Source: Actinomycetota bacterium
Lineage (GTDB): Bacteria; Actinomycetota; UBA4738; HRBIN12
Direction of reading: 5' to 3'
DNA: 64,000 nucleotides
Assembly: GCA_035519495.1 (NCBI GenBank)
Contig: DATIWE010000074.1
Location: 12,323 to 76,322 of the forward strand
A program made the translations under genes and the position numbers. Shown one piece after another: positions 1 through 9,697 of this stretch; positions within the stretch are counted from its first letter, which is position 1, and the number at the start of each line of letters is the position of its first letter. Under the pieces are notes generated by a model, which was not told where the DNA came from, ran no database searches, and saw nothing but the letters and a program-made list of their open reading frames with translations.

Positions 1-15
1 GGATACCAGAGCCGC

Positions 16-777
16 TCAGAAGCCGGGCAGGTGCCGGCGGAACAGCAGGTACCCGGTGGCGGCGCCGGCGTCCAGCAGGAAGTGGGCCACCACGAACGGC
101 CACGTCCGGCGCCACCGCAGGAAGAGCACGCCGAACAGCAGGCCCATGAGGAAGTTGCCTGCGAAGCCGCCCCACCCCTGGTACAGGTGGTAGCCGCCGC
201 GCAGCACGGCGCTGGCCAGGACGGCCGCCGCCGGCGACCACCCCATCTGGCGTAGGCGCGTCAAGAGGTAGGCCAGGACGATGATCTCTTCGAGGAGCGC
301 CGCGCCGGCGGCATTCATGAAGACCGCGGGGTACGTCCACCAGTGGTCGGGCGGCGGCGCAGGGATCACGAACCGGTTCACGCCGAGGTGCACGGCCCCG
401 AGGTAGATCGCGATCCCGCCGGCCGCGACCACCAGGAACAACAGGGATCCGGCGGCAAGATCCCAGCCCGGACGATCGCCGGCCAGGCCGATCGCGGCCA
501 CGCCCTCGCCGTCGCGGCGCACGAGGTAGACGACGAGGAAGACCGGCGCCAGCCCGAACACGAACCCCAGGAACTGGTTCACGAACAGGGGGTTCTGGTC
601 GGCGGCCGCGACGACCGCGCCCTTCAGCGGCGCCTGGAACAGCGAGACGATCGCGTACGCGGCGCTCGCGAGCAGCGACAGCGCCAGCACCACGAGCACT
701 TCCTCGGCGAGGGTGCGACGCTCCGCGGGCGCCGGCGGGGTTGGGGCGAGCTGCATCGCGGCAAGCGTAGTGGCCAT
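16..777 (-). CDS. CPBP family intramembrane glutamic endopeptidase (CAAX protease-like)
   Basis: Last 253 codons of ORF 16..1857, with ATG at 775-777. Polytopic hydrophobic protein with family-type motifs LLEEIIVLAY, GGYHLYQG and AHFLLD. The upstream part of the ORF is Arg/Pro-rich antisense of the neighbouring gene. Confidence 0.75.
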   Translation of the reverse strand: MATTLAAMQLAPTPPAPAERRTLAEEVLVVLALSLLASAAYAIVSLFQAPLKGAVVAAADQNPLFVNQFLGFVFGLAPVFLVVYLVRRDGEGVAAIGLAGDRPGWDLAAGSLLFLVVAAGGIAIYLGAVHLGVNRFVIPAPPPDHWWTYPAVFMNAAGAALLEEIIVLAYLLTRLRQMGWSPAAAVLASAVLRGGYHLYQGWGGFAGNFLMGLLFGVLFLRWRRTWPFVVAHFLLDAGAATGYLLFRRHLPGF

Positions 778-819
778 CGGGTACGGGTTCGCCCGGGGAG
801 CGACTAGGGTTCGCGTGCG

Positions 820-2034
820 ATGAGCGCCAGGGATGCGGACCTCGTGATCGTCGGCGCGGGCACCGTCGGCGGCTGGGCGTCGGTGTTCGCGCGCGAGGCC
901 GGCCTGTCCGTGATCGTCCTGGAACGCGACCGGGTCGGGCAGGGCGCGTCGGGCCGCGCGGCCGGCATGGTGCGCGCGCAGGGCGGCACGCCGGACACCG
1001 TCCGCCTCGGTGCCTGGTCGATCGGCTTCTACGGGGGACAAGACGAGCGGTACGGCGTCGATTCGGGCTTCGTCGGCCGTGGCTACGTGATCCTCGCCGC
1101 GACGGCGCGCGACGAGCGCACGGCCCGGGAGCGGATCGCGATGCAGCGCGGGGTCGGTCTCGACGTGCGGTGGGCCGACGCCGCCGAGGTGCGGCGGATG
1201 ATCCCGGCGATGGGCGAGGTCGGCTACCGCGGCGGCTCGTACGTCGCGACGGACGGCTGGATCGATCCGCCCAGGAACGTCCGTGCCTACTCGCTCGCGA
1301 TGCAGCGCGCCGGCGTGGAGCTGCGCGAGGGATGCGCGTTCGTCGGCGTGCGGATGCGGGCGGGGCGTCGCGGACATCGCACGGTGACGGGCGTGCACAC
1401 GACCGACGGCACGATCGCGACGCCACGGGTCCTGCTGACCGGCGGTCCGGCGATGCAGTCGGTGGCGGCCGCGGCGGGCGCCCGCGCCTGGGTCGGGTAC
1501 GCGCGGCACCAGGTCGCAGTGACGGAAGCCTCGCCGGATCTGTACGGCGACACGACGGCGATGGCGTTCGACATCGGCGCCGGGATCTACTGGCGGCCCG
1601 AGGAGGGCGGCCTGCTCTGGGGCATGTCGAACCCCGAGGAGACGCCGGGGCCCGGCCGCGCGATCGACTGGGCCTACCTGCGCCGGATGGAGCGCCGCCT
1701 GCACCGCCTGCTGCCGGTCACGCGCGACCTCGGCCTGAAGAAGGTGTGGGCGGCGACGATCGAGTACACGCCGGACCACTTCCCGCTCACCGGCCCGCTC
1801 GTGCTGCGGGACGGGACCGAGGTCGACGGCGCGTCGATCGCGAGCGCCTGCGGGCACGGCATGATGTGGGGCCCGGCCGTGTCGCGGATCGCGGTCGACC
1901 TGGCGCTCGGTGGGTCCACCGACGTCGTCGAACGCGTCGAGGACTTCCGGATGGATCGGTTCGACGACGACGGGAACCCGCCGTTCGTGGACCCCGTGGC
2001 GCTGCCGTTCCCCGTCCGGGTGGACGAGGCGTAG
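820..2034 (+). CDS. FAD-dependent oxidoreductase (DAO family, sarcosine oxidase beta / D-amino-acid oxidase-like)
   Basis: 404 aa. N-terminal dinucleotide-binding motif DLVIVGAGTVGGWAS..VLER, followed by GASGRAAGMV. Family-like C-terminal GHGMMWGP. Confidence 0.8.
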   Translation: MSARDADLVIVGAGTVGGWASVFAREAGLSVIVLERDRVGQGASGRAAGMVRAQGGTPDTVRLGAWSIGFYGGQDERYGVDSGFVGRGYVILAATARDERTARERIAMQRGVGLDVRWADAAEVRRMIPAMGEVGYRGGSYVATDGWIDPPRNVRAYSLAMQRAGVELREGCAFVGVRMRAGRRGHRTVTGVHTTDGTIATPRVLLTGGPAMQSVAAAAGARAWVGYARHQVAVTEASPDLYGDTTAMAFDIGAGIYWRPEEGGLLWGMSNPEETPGPGRAIDWAYLRRMERRLHRLLPVTRDLGLKKVWAATIEYTPDHFPLTGPLVLRDGTEVDGASIASACGHGMMWGPAVSRIAVDLALGGSTDVVERVEDFRMDRFDDDGNPPFVDPVALPFPVRVDEA

Positions 2035-2044
2035 CGCGCACGAC

Positions 2045-2755
2045 TCAGCCGAGTGCGACGTCGACGAGGATCAGCTCGGAGGTCGCGGCCGCGACGATCG
2101 CGATCCCGTCCGGCTCGTCGGTGATCTGCGCCGCCGAGCCGGTGACCATCCGCGCGCCGTTCACCTCGACGTCGCCCTCGATCACGTAGAGGTACGCGCC
2201 GCGGCCGACCGGGAGCGGATGTCCGATGCGCGCGCCGGCGTTCAGGTGCGACACGAACACGTGGGCGTCCTGGTGCACGAGGACCGCGTCGCCGCCGGCG
2301 CCGCTGATCACGCGGAGCAGACGGTCGGTGCGATCCTGCACGGTGAAGACCTTCTGCTCGACGCCCGGCGTGAGGCCACGTTCGGACGGCATGATCCATA
2401 GCTGGATGAAACGCATCGGCTCGGTCTCCGACGCGTTCTGCTCCGAGTGCCATGCGCCGCTGCCGAGCGTCATCCGCTGGACCGATCCTGCCGGTAGGGG
2501 GCCCGGCGCGCCGCCGACGTCGTCCTGATGCCGGAACGATCCCTCGACGACGTACGTGAGCCCCTCGATGTCCCGATGCGGATGCATCGGCCAGATCGCG
2601 CCGGGGATCAGGCGGTCGTCGTTGAAGACCCGGAGCGTGCCGAACGACGTGTACTCCGGATCGGCATACGAGTCGAACGAATAGTGCCACCGGGCGCGGA
2701 ACCAGCCGCCCTCCACGTCGGAGATCTGGTCGTCGGTGCGGACCTTGACCGGCAC
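2045..2755 (-). CDS. pirin family protein
   Basis: 236 aa with GTG start. Cupin metal-site region WPMHPHRDIEGLTYVVEG and a two-cupin pirin layout. Confidence 0.85.
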   Translation of the reverse strand: MPVKVRTDDQISDVEGGWFRARWHYSFDSYADPEYTSFGTLRVFNDDRLIPGAIWPMHPHRDIEGLTYVVEGSFRHQDDVGGAPGPLPAGSVQRMTLGSGAWHSEQNASETEPMRFIQLWIMPSERGLTPGVEQKVFTVQDRTDRLLRVISGAGGDAVLVHQDAHVFVSHLNAGARIGHPLPVGRGAYLYVIEGDVEVNGARMVTGSAAQITDEPDGIAIVAAATSELILVDVALG

Positions 2756-2759
2756 GCCG

Positions 2760-2993
2760 CTAGAGCTGCAGGACCGGACACGTGAGCGTGCGCGTGATCC
2801 CGTCGAGCGCCTGGATCGGCATCACGGTTCCCTTCGCGAGCAGGTCGAGGTCCTCCGCCTCTGCCTTGGCCACGACGTCGTAGGGACCGGTCACCGGGTC
2901 GACCGCAACGACGCCGGCGATGTCGCCGATCTGCGTCGTGACCTGGCCGGCCTTGCCCACCTCCGTTTGGATCAAGATGTAGGCGCTGACCAT
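2760..2993 (-). CDS. Lrp/AsnC ligand-binding-domain small protein
   Basis: 77 aa. The pattern YILIQTEVGKAGQV..IAGVVAVDPVTGPYDVVAKAEAEDLDLL is typical of stand-alone AsnC-type RAM domains. It lies 5 nt upstream of the pirin gene on the same strand. Confidence 0.7.
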   Translation of the reverse strand: MVSAYILIQTEVGKAGQVTTQIGDIAGVVAVDPVTGPYDVVAKAEAEDLDLLAKGTVMPIQALDGITRTLTCPVLQL

Positions 2994-3091
2994 CGTCGGA
3001 GCCTCCTCTCGACGCCGCGTTCCGCCGTCCCGCGGGGGACCATCGTCGAGAGGGGTCGGGCTTTCCGCAAACCCGCAGGTCGCACCGTTCG

Positions 3092-3955
3092 TTAGGCCGT
3101 CGGGGCGTCGCGGTCGCGGATGCCGGCGAGCCCGGCCTCGACGAGCGCGTCATCGCCGGTGGTGAGCCCGTGCACCACATCGTGGAACGGCATCAACACG
3201 AACCGGAACGCGGCGCGCGCGCGGAACGACGGGTCCGGCGCGCCGCCGTACCCGGCGAGCACGCGCTCCCCGTCGGCCGGGCGCGCGCGCAGCATCCAGG
3301 CCAGGTCGGCGGCGGGATCGCCGATCGCCAGCTCCTCCCAGTCCAGCACCCCGGCCAGGTCGCCGTCGGGCGACACGAGGATGTGCTCGGGACCGATGTC
3401 GCCGTGCGTCAGGCACGGCGCGTACCGGCGCGTCGCGTGGTCCGCGAGGAACGCGTCCATCCGCTCCCCGAGCCGCCGCGCCGTCGCGGGCTCGAGGAGC
3501 GGGAGGACCCGCTCGCGCAGTACCGCGAGCCTCTCGTCGAACAGGTCGGAGACGGTCGCCGCGCTCATCCCGCGGAGCCCGAGGATCTCCGGAGCGACGG
3601 CGTGCAGGTCGTACAGGAAGCGGCCGAGCCGTTCGGGCCACACGCCGTCCGACGCGGCGCCGAGCGGCGCGCCCTTGAGCTTCCGGTAGCCCATCACGAC
3701 GGGCTCCTCCGACACCAGCGTGGGGACCGGCACCGCCGCGGGGAGCTCGCGCGCGAGCTCCGGCAACAGACGCATCTGCGCGCGCAGCCGGTCGGCGGCG
3801 TACGCCGAACGCGGCAGCTGCACGATCGTGTCGCCGTTCACTTCGTACGTGAAGACCGTCCACCCGTCGCCGATCGGCTCGAACGACGCGATCGCGAGAC
3901 CGGGGAAGGCGCGGGAGACGAGCGCCCGGTGCTCGGCGACGAGCGTGCCGCTCAC
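3092..3955 (-). CDS. aminoglycoside phosphotransferase (APH) family kinase
   Basis: 287 aa from a GTG that overlaps the MFS stop (GTGA at 3952-3955). Catalytic loop THGDIGPEHILV plus metal-binding VLDWEE. Confidence 0.8.
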   Translation of the reverse strand: MSGTLVAEHRALVSRAFPGLAIASFEPIGDGWTVFTYEVNGDTIVQLPRSAYAADRLRAQMRLLPELARELPAAVPVPTLVSEEPVVMGYRKLKGAPLGAASDGVWPERLGRFLYDLHAVAPEILGLRGMSAATVSDLFDERLAVLRERVLPLLEPATARRLGERMDAFLADHATRRYAPCLTHGDIGPEHILVSPDGDLAGVLDWEELAIGDPAADLAWMLRARPADGERVLAGYGGAPDPSFRARAAFRFVLMPFHDVVHGLTTGDDALVEAGLAGIRDRDAPTA

Positions 3956-5151
3956 ACGCTCTGCGCTTCGGTGGCGTCGGCCTCGGGTTCCTCGAGCGAC
4001 GGCACCGCGAGCGCGAACCACGCGACGATCGCGCCCGCGAGCGCGAGGAGGAACGCCCCGAGGTACAGCCGCGGCGCGCCGAGCCGCTGGTAGACGAGAC
4101 CGCCGAGCCCCGCCCCGAGGATCGGGCCCAGCCCGAACCACACCATCTGGCTGATGGAGTTCCCGGTGGAGTAGAGCGACGGCGGCACCAGCCGGCCGAC
4201 GATCACCACGCTCGTGGTGAACAGCAGGCTGAACCCGACGCCCTCCAGGACGGTGATCAACGACAGGAGCGTGGGGTTGGACACCGCGCCCCACAGCAGG
4301 AACGCGGTCCCGTACACCAGGCAGCCGGCGACGTAGACCGTACGCAGCCCGAGGCGCCGTTGGAGCCGGGGCGAGCTCCGCATCGTCGGCACCTCGATCA
4401 GCCCGCCGAGCGCGGCGCCGAGGCCGATCAGCAGCGGACCGCCGCCGGCGTCCTCGATGCGCGGGCCGATGAAGTACCAGGCCGCGTTGAAGCCGGTCCA
4501 GACCAGCAACGCGGCGGCGAGGAACCCCCACAGGCGCGGCGCCGCGCGGAACACCGCGCCGACGGCGCCGAGCCGCCCGTGATCCTCGAGGACGTGCGGG
4601 CGGTCGCGTTCGAGGGTCACGGTCCAGGCGAGCACCAACAGCATCGTGATCGCACAGATCGGCATCGCCCAGCGGATGCCGGCGTGCTGGAGCAGCGCGC
4701 CGAACAGGAGGCACCCGGCCGCGTACGTCATGCTCTCCCACCCGCGGATCCGTCCGTACTCCGACATCCGATCGCGGCCGAGATGCTCGAGCACGATCGC
4801 GTCGAGGTTCGGCCCCTGCGCCACGAAGAACACGGAATGCACGGCCATCACGACGACGACCGCGGTGAGACCGGTCACGGCGTTCATCACGCCGGCCGCC
4901 ACGGCCGCGCCGATCAGCCCGATCTGCAGCACGCTCAGACGGCCGAGCCGGGTGTCCGCGACGTGCCCCCAGGCCGGGTTCGTCAGCATCCGCGCCGCGG
5001 CCGCGATCGCCAGCACCAGCCCGATCTCGCCCTCGTCCAGATGCTGGAAGTCGCGAAGGTACAGAGCCAGGAACGGGAAGAAGATCGCGACCGCGAACCC
5101 GTACAGCAGGAACATCCCTTGCAGCGCGGTGGCGACGGGCGGACGGCGCAT
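3952..5151 (-). CDS. MFS transporter
   Basis: 399 aa from ATG 5149-5151. About 12 hydrophobic spans. The N-terminal 290 codons of ORF 3952..6027 were rejected as Arg/Gly-rich and overlapping the aldolase-like gene. Confidence 0.8.
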   Translation of the reverse strand: MRRPPVATALQGMFLLYGFAVAIFFPFLALYLRDFQHLDEGEIGLVLAIAAAARMLTNPAWGHVADTRLGRLSVLQIGLIGAAVAAGVMNAVTGLTAVVVVMAVHSVFFVAQGPNLDAIVLEHLGRDRMSEYGRIRGWESMTYAAGCLLFGALLQHAGIRWAMPICAITMLLVLAWTVTLERDRPHVLEDHGRLGAVGAVFRAAPRLWGFLAAALLVWTGFNAAWYFIGPRIEDAGGGPLLIGLGAALGGLIEVPTMRSSPRLQRRLGLRTVYVAGCLVYGTAFLLWGAVSNPTLLSLITVLEGVGFSLLFTTSVVIVGRLVPPSLYSTGNSISQMVWFGLGPILGAGLGGLVYQRLGAPRLYLGAFLLALAGAIVAWFALAVPSLEEPEADATEAQSV

Positions 5152-5183
5152 CCCCCTCACGCTCCCAGTGCCCGCAGGGCGAG

Positions 5184-6041
5184 TCAACCAGCTGCGGCGG
5201 CGTCGAAGACGCCGGCGCAGCGACGGTAGGCCGACGCGATCGCGGCGACGGCGTCGCCGCGATCGCCCCCCTCGGTCCACCGGCGCAGCGGCTCCCACCA
5301 GATCGAACGGCCGATCGCGAACCCGACGTACCCCTCGACGCCGGCCGCCGCGCGCAGCCAGCGATCCACGGCCTCGGCGTCGGCGCCGCGGCCGAGCACG
5401 AGGCACGGCGAGCCGGCGACGCGCGCGACGGCCTCGCAGTCCTGCCGTTGGTCGAGCCCTTCGAGCTTCCACAGGTCGGGGTGGATGCCGTCGGTGCGCA
5501 GCTCCTCGATCGCGTCGACCATGAGCGTGGGCCGCGCGACGAGGTCGTACGCGGGCCCCACCTGCGACGGCTCCGGCGGCACCAGCAGCTCCAGGAGCGT
5601 GGCCCGACCGGTCGCGAGACAATGGTCGAAGAACGCGTGCAACGTCGTCCGCTGGCGCGCGTTCATGGCTCGGTCGCCGGCCGGGTTGTAGCGCACCAGG
5701 ACCTTCGCCCATGTGGGATGCAGGCGATCCAGGCGCGTCTGCCAGTCCTCGTGCTCGAACGCGAGCTCCGCGCGGCCGCTCGCCTCGACGGGCACCGCGA
5801 CCGGGATGCCGGCCGCGTGCGCGGCGGCGATCACGTCGGCGCCGTACGTCGCGTCGACGAGGGCCGCCGGCTCCCCGGCGAACCCGCCGCCCAGGCCGCG
5901 GACGAGCCCGTCCCAGATCACCCGCTTCGCCTCGCGCGCCCGCCGGCCGTCGTCCTCGGATGGGTCCCCCTCGACGCCGAAGAACGCCGTCATCAGCGAC
6001 CGGCGGTGATCGAACGCGAGCATGCACAGGGAGCCGGGCAT
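5184..6041 (-). CDS. class I aldolase-like TIM-barrel protein (DUF2090 / IolC C-terminal-domain-like; 2-deoxy-5-keto-D-gluconate-6-phosphate aldolase domain)
   Basis: 285 aa. N-terminal MLAFDHRRS and an overall resemblance to the DUF2090 domain fused to IolC kinases. The family call is from memory and has not been searched. Confidence 0.55.
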   Translation of the reverse strand: MPGSLCMLAFDHRRSLMTAFFGVEGDPSEDDGRRAREAKRVIWDGLVRGLGGGFAGEPAALVDATYGADVIAAAHAAGIPVAVPVEASGRAELAFEHEDWQTRLDRLHPTWAKVLVRYNPAGDRAMNARQRTTLHAFFDHCLATGRATLLELLVPPEPSQVGPAYDLVARPTLMVDAIEELRTDGIHPDLWKLEGLDQRQDCEAVARVAGSPCLVLGRGADAEAVDRWLRAAAGVEGYVGFAIGRSIWWEPLRRWTEGGDRGDAVAAIASAYRRCAGVFDAAAAG

Positions 6042-6079
6042 CGGGCGGATGCTACCCAGCCGGCCCTAGACTCCGCCCA

Positions 6080-7393
6080 GTGATCAAGATCGCGATCATC
6101 GGCGCGGGCAGCGTGGAGTTCACCCGCAACATCCTGACCGACCTCTGCTCCACCGAGGAGCTGCGAGGGTCGGTCCACGTCGCCCTGCACGACATCGACC
6201 CCGAACGGCTGGCCTACGCCGAGCGCGCGGCGGCCCAGGTCGTCGAGCGCCTCGGCGCCGGCCAGACGATCACCGCGCACGCGGACCGCCGCGAGGCCTT
6301 CGTCGGCGCGGACTACCTGATCAACGAGATCCAGGTGGGCGGCTACGCGGCGACGGTCACCGACTTCGACATCCCGAAGCGCTACGGCCTCCGGCAGACG
6401 ATCGCCGACACGATCGGCATCGGCGGCATCATGCGCGGACTCCGGACGATCCCCGTGATGATCGAGATGGGCGACGAGATGGCCGAGCTCTGCCCAGACG
6501 GACTGCTGCTGAACTACACGAACCCGATGGCGATGGTCCCCTGGGGGATCTGGGCCGGCTCGCGCTGGCCGGCCGCGCGCACGATCGGCGTGTGCCACAG
6601 CGTGCGCGATACCCACACGTTCCTGGCCGAGACCGTCGGCGTGCCGGAGGAGCGGGTGGCGTTCCGCACCGCCGGGTTCAACCACCAATGCTTCGTGTAC
6701 ACGTTCGCGGATCGCGAGACCGGCGAGGATCTCTACCCGCGCCTGCGACGGATCGTCGAGGACGATCCCGAGGGGCTCGGGCGGCGCGTGCGCGTCGAGC
6801 TCTTCCGGCGCTTCGGCTACTTCCCCACCGAATCCTCCGAGCACAGCGCCGAGTACGTGCCGTGGATCCTGCACCACGACGACGAGGTCGCGTGGTTCCG
6901 CTCCGAGATCGACGAGTACATCCGGCGCAGCGACGAGAACCTCCGCGAGTGGGAGGAGCTGAAGGCCGAGCTCGACGCGGGGAAGGACATCCAGCTCGAG
7001 CGCAACGACGAGCTCGCGTCGCAGTTCGTGTTCGCGCTGGAGACCGGGACGCCGATGGAGCTCTACGGCAACGTCCGCAACGACGCGCTGATCGACGGGC
7101 TCCCCGACGACGCGTGCGTCGAGGTCCCGTGCGTCGTGGCCGACGGCGCGGTCCAGCCCCAGCGGATCGGCGCGATCCCGCCGCAATGCCTCGCGCTGAA
7201 CCGCACGTTCCTGAACGTCGTCGAGCTGACGGTCCGCGCGGTCCTCGAGGGCTCGCGCGACCTCGTGTACCAGGCCGCGCTCCTGGACCCGAACACCGCC
7301 GCCACGCTCACGACCCGGCAGATCGCCGCGATGGTCGACGACCTGCTGGCCGCGCACGGCGAGCTGATCCCCGAGGCGATCCGGCGGGGCTGA
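6080..7393 (+). CDS. glycoside hydrolase family 4 (NAD-dependent alpha-glucosidase/alpha-galactosidase)
   Basis: 437 aa from GTG 6080. NAD motif [14 protein letters not shown]4 signatures NYTNPMAMV and GVCHSV. Confidence 0.85.
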   Translation: MIKIAIIGAGSVEFTRNILTDLCSTEELRGSVHVALHDIDPERLAYAERAAAQVVERLGAGQTITAHADRREAFVGADYLINEIQVGGYAATVTDFDIPKRYGLRQTIADTIGIGGIMRGLRTIPVMIEMGDEMAELCPDGLLLNYTNPMAMVPWGIWAGSRWPAARTIGVCHSVRDTHTFLAETVGVPEERVAFRTAGFNHQCFVYTFADRETGEDLYPRLRRIVEDDPEGLGRRVRVELFRRFGYFPTESSEHSAEYVPWILHHDDEVAWFRSEIDEYIRRSDENLREWEELKAELDAGKDIQLERNDELASQFVFALETGTPMELYGNVRNDALIDGLPDDACVEVPCVVADGAVQPQRIGAIPPQCLALNRTFLNVVELTVRAVLEGSRDLVYQAALLDPNTAATLTTRQIAAMVDDLLAAHGELIPEAIRRG

Positions 7394-8508
7394 TGCGCGC
7401 GCTGGTCAAGCACGCCGACGAGGTCGGGATCCGCCTGGAGGACGTGCCGGAGCCCGAGGTCGGCATCAACGACGTCGCGATCCACGTCGAGCGCGCCGGC
7501 ATCTGCGGCACCGACGTCCACATCTGGGAGTGGAACGCGTGGGCCCGCTCGGCCGTGACGCCGCCGCTCGTGGTCGGCCACGAGTTCGTCGGGCGGATCG
7601 CGTCGGTCGGCTCGAACGTCAGCGACTTCCACCCCGGCGATCGCGTGAGCGGTGAGGGCCATGTGGTCTGCGGCCGCTGCCGTCACTGCCTGGCCGGCCG
7701 ACGCCACCTGTGCGCGAACAGCCGCGGCGTCGGCGTGCAGCGGCCCGGCGCGTTCGCCGACACGATCGTGCTGCCGGTGACGAACGTCTGGAAGCACGCG
7801 GACGACGTCGATCCGGAGGTCGCCGCGATCTTCGATCCGTTCGGCAACGCGGTCCATACCGCGCTGTCCACCGAGGTGCTCGGCGAGGACGTCCTGATCA
7901 CCGGCGCCGGGCCGATCGGCTGCATGGCGGCGGCCGTCGTGCGGCACGCCGGCGCGCGGTTCGTGGTGGTCAGCGAGCCGAACCCGTACCGGCGCGCCCT
8001 GGCCGAGCGGATGGGCGCGACGATGGTGATCGACCCGGCCGCGCGCGACCTGCACGACGTCGAGACGGAGCTCGGGATGGTCGAGGGCTTCGACGTGGGG
8101 CTCGAGATGTCGGGGAACGCGTCGGCGCTGCGATCGATGATCGACACGATGGCGCACGGCGGCAGGATCGCGATGCTCGGGATCCCGTCGGAGCCGATCG
8201 CGATCGACTGGAACAAGGTCGTGTTCGACATGCTGACGATCAAGGGGATCTACGGCCGGGAGATGTACGAGACCTGGTACCAGATGACCGTGATGCTCCA
8301 GTCGGGTCTGGACGTGAAGCCGGTGATCACGCACCGCTTCGGGGTGGACCGCTACGAGGAGGCGTTCGCGGTGGCCGCCTCCGGCGAGAGCGGCAAGGTC
8401 CTGCTGGAGTGGGACGTCGCCTCATCCTCGTCGCGTGGCTGGCCCCCGCCGAGGGATCGGAGGGCCGTCGGCCGGTTTGACACAGACCGAGGACCGGGTG
8501 AGGGTTGA
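7393..8508 (+). CDS. tdh: L-threonine 3-dehydrogenase (Zn-dependent MDR) with ~30-aa C-terminal extension
   Basis: Near-colinear with classical Tdh: [59 protein letters not shown]. The ATG overlaps the GH4 stop (TGATG). Confidence 0.85.
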   Translation: MRALVKHADEVGIRLEDVPEPEVGINDVAIHVERAGICGTDVHIWEWNAWARSAVTPPLVVGHEFVGRIASVGSNVSDFHPGDRVSGEGHVVCGRCRHCLAGRRHLCANSRGVGVQRPGAFADTIVLPVTNVWKHADDVDPEVAAIFDPFGNAVHTALSTEVLGEDVLITGAGPIGCMAAAVVRHAGARFVVVSEPNPYRRALAERMGATMVIDPAARDLHDVETELGMVEGFDVGLEMSGNASALRSMIDTMAHGGRIAMLGIPSEPIAIDWNKVVFDMLTIKGIYGREMYETWYQMTVMLQSGLDVKPVITHRFGVDRYEEAFAVAASGESGKVLLEWDVASSSSRGWPPPRDRRAVGRFDTDRGPGEG

Positions 8509-8556
8509 ATGACCATCGGCCACCATCAGCGGGGCCGGCCTCGTAAAGGAGAGAAC

Positions 8557-9090
8557 ATGGGGAGCTATGACAACCTGAACCTCGTTCTGTACGTGGCGTC
8601 CTACGGCGACGCCGCCACGGCCAAGCAGGACTACCAGTCGCTCAAGAGCTTCGATGACACGGTCGTCGTGGCCTCGGTCGTGCTCGACAGGGACGCCGAG
8701 GGCAAGGTGAAGGTCGAGGAGCACGGCGGCGGGCAGGTCGCGGCCGGCGCGACGCTCGGTGGGGTCGCCGGCCTCGTCGTCGGACTGTTCGCCCCGCCGC
8801 TGCTGGGCGCGATGGCCGTCGGTGCGGTCGCCGGTGGGGTGGCGGGCAAGATAGCGAAGCGCCACGACGAGAAGAAGATCGCCTCCAGCCTCGATGAGGC
8901 ACAGTGGCTGCCGGCGAACTCCTCGGCGATCGTCGCGGTCGTGGACGACCGGTACCTGGACAAGATCGACTCCGCCGTCGACCACGCCACGAAGAAGGTC
9001 AACAAGGCGATCGACAAGGGCGACTACGACGACGTCGTGAAGGCCATCAACGAGGGCGGCGAGAAGATCGTCGACGCCGTCGACTCGTAA
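8557..9090 (+). CDS. DUF1269-like membrane protein (N-terminal alpha/beta domain + Gly-zipper membrane segment)
   Basis: ATG 8557 is preceded by AAGGAG. Glycine-zipper segment GATLGGVAGLVVGLFAPPLLGAMAVGAVAGGVAG. Paralog of 62872..63381. Confidence 0.6.
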   Translation: MGSYDNLNLVLYVASYGDAATAKQDYQSLKSFDDTVVVASVVLDRDAEGKVKVEEHGGGQVAAGATLGGVAGLVVGLFAPPLLGAMAVGAVAGGVAGKIAKRHDEKKIASSLDEAQWLPANSSAIVAVVDDRYLDKIDSAVDHATKKVNKAIDKGDYDDVVKAINEGGEKIVDAVDS

Positions 9091-9119
9091 CGACCCGCCA
9101 GCAGTACCGATCGCAGGAT

Positions 9120-9147
9120 GGATGGCCGAGCGAGAGCTCGGCCATCC
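9120..9147. terminator. perfect 12-bp stem / 4-nt loop hairpin between convergent genes
   Basis: GGATGGCCGAGC-GAGA-GCTCGGCCATCC followed by TCTT. It lies 30 nt after the stop at 9090 and 47 nt from the convergent stop at 9194. Confidence 0.6.
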
Positions 9148-9193
9148 TCTTGATGCCCGGGCCGGTCATCCGTAACTGATCGGGGCCCGCCCC

Positions 9194-9697
9194 TCAGCGC
9201 AGCCGCTTCACCCAGATCGTCAGCCGGTCCACGAGGTGCACGCCGGGCCGGTCCGGATCCGACCAGCCGCCCAGGTAGATCCCGCCGCGATCGACGTAGC
9301 CGAGCGAGCGGTAGAGCGCGCGGGCCGGCGCGAAGTCCTCACCGGTGCCCGTATCCAACATGACGCCGGGCCACCCAGCATCGCGCGCCACGCTCTCGAG
9401 GGCGAGCATCAGCTCGCGACCGATCCCGCGGCGCCGGTACGGCTCCTCGACGACGAGGTAGTCGACGAGGGGAAGGCCGCGCGACTCGACAAGCTCCTCG
9501 GGCGATCGGTCGGCGTCGAGCACGAGGCCGCCGTAGCCCACCGGCGTGCCCTCGACCCACGCGACGAGCCACACGACGTCGCCCCTCTCGTGCTCGCGGA
9601 GCCGGCGTCGAAGTGCGTCCGGCTCCTCGGACGGGATCCCGGCGATCACGCGATCCAGGTCCTCGGCCGCGAACGGACGGATGTCCGGGGGATTCAC
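9194..9697 (-). CDS. GNAT family N-acetyltransferase
   Basis: 167 aa from a GTG that overlaps the amidohydrolase stop (GTGA at 9694-9697). Acetyl-CoA motif VEEPYRRRGIGRELM. Confidence 0.8.
   Translation of the reverse strand: MNPPDIRPFAAEDLDRVIAGIPSEEPDALRRRLREHERGDVVWLVAWVEGTPVGYGGLVLDADRSPEELVESRGLPLVDYLVVEEPYRRRGIGRELMLALESVARDAGWPGVMLDTGTGEDFAPARALYRSLGYVDRGGIYLGGWSDPDRPGVHLVDRLTIWVKRLR

Noticed and set aside
778-1857. N-terminal 360 codons of the 613-aa ORF containing the CPBP protease
   Set aside because: The region is Arg/Pro/Ala-rich with no hydrophobic spans and fully overlaps the FAD oxidoreductase gene on the other strand. An internal ATG at 777 gives a complete CPBP protein.
5152-6027. 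N-terminal extension of the MFS ORF (691 aa)
   Set aside because: The sequence is Arg/Gly-rich and out of frame with, but overlapping, the well-supported aldolase-like gene. The MFS core starts at ATG 5151.
8509-8556. ORF-track start (ATG 8509) for the DUF1269-like gene
   Set aside because: It abuts the tdh stop and has no RBS. The internal ATG 8557 is preceded by AAGGAG at proper spacing and matches the N-terminus of the paralog.
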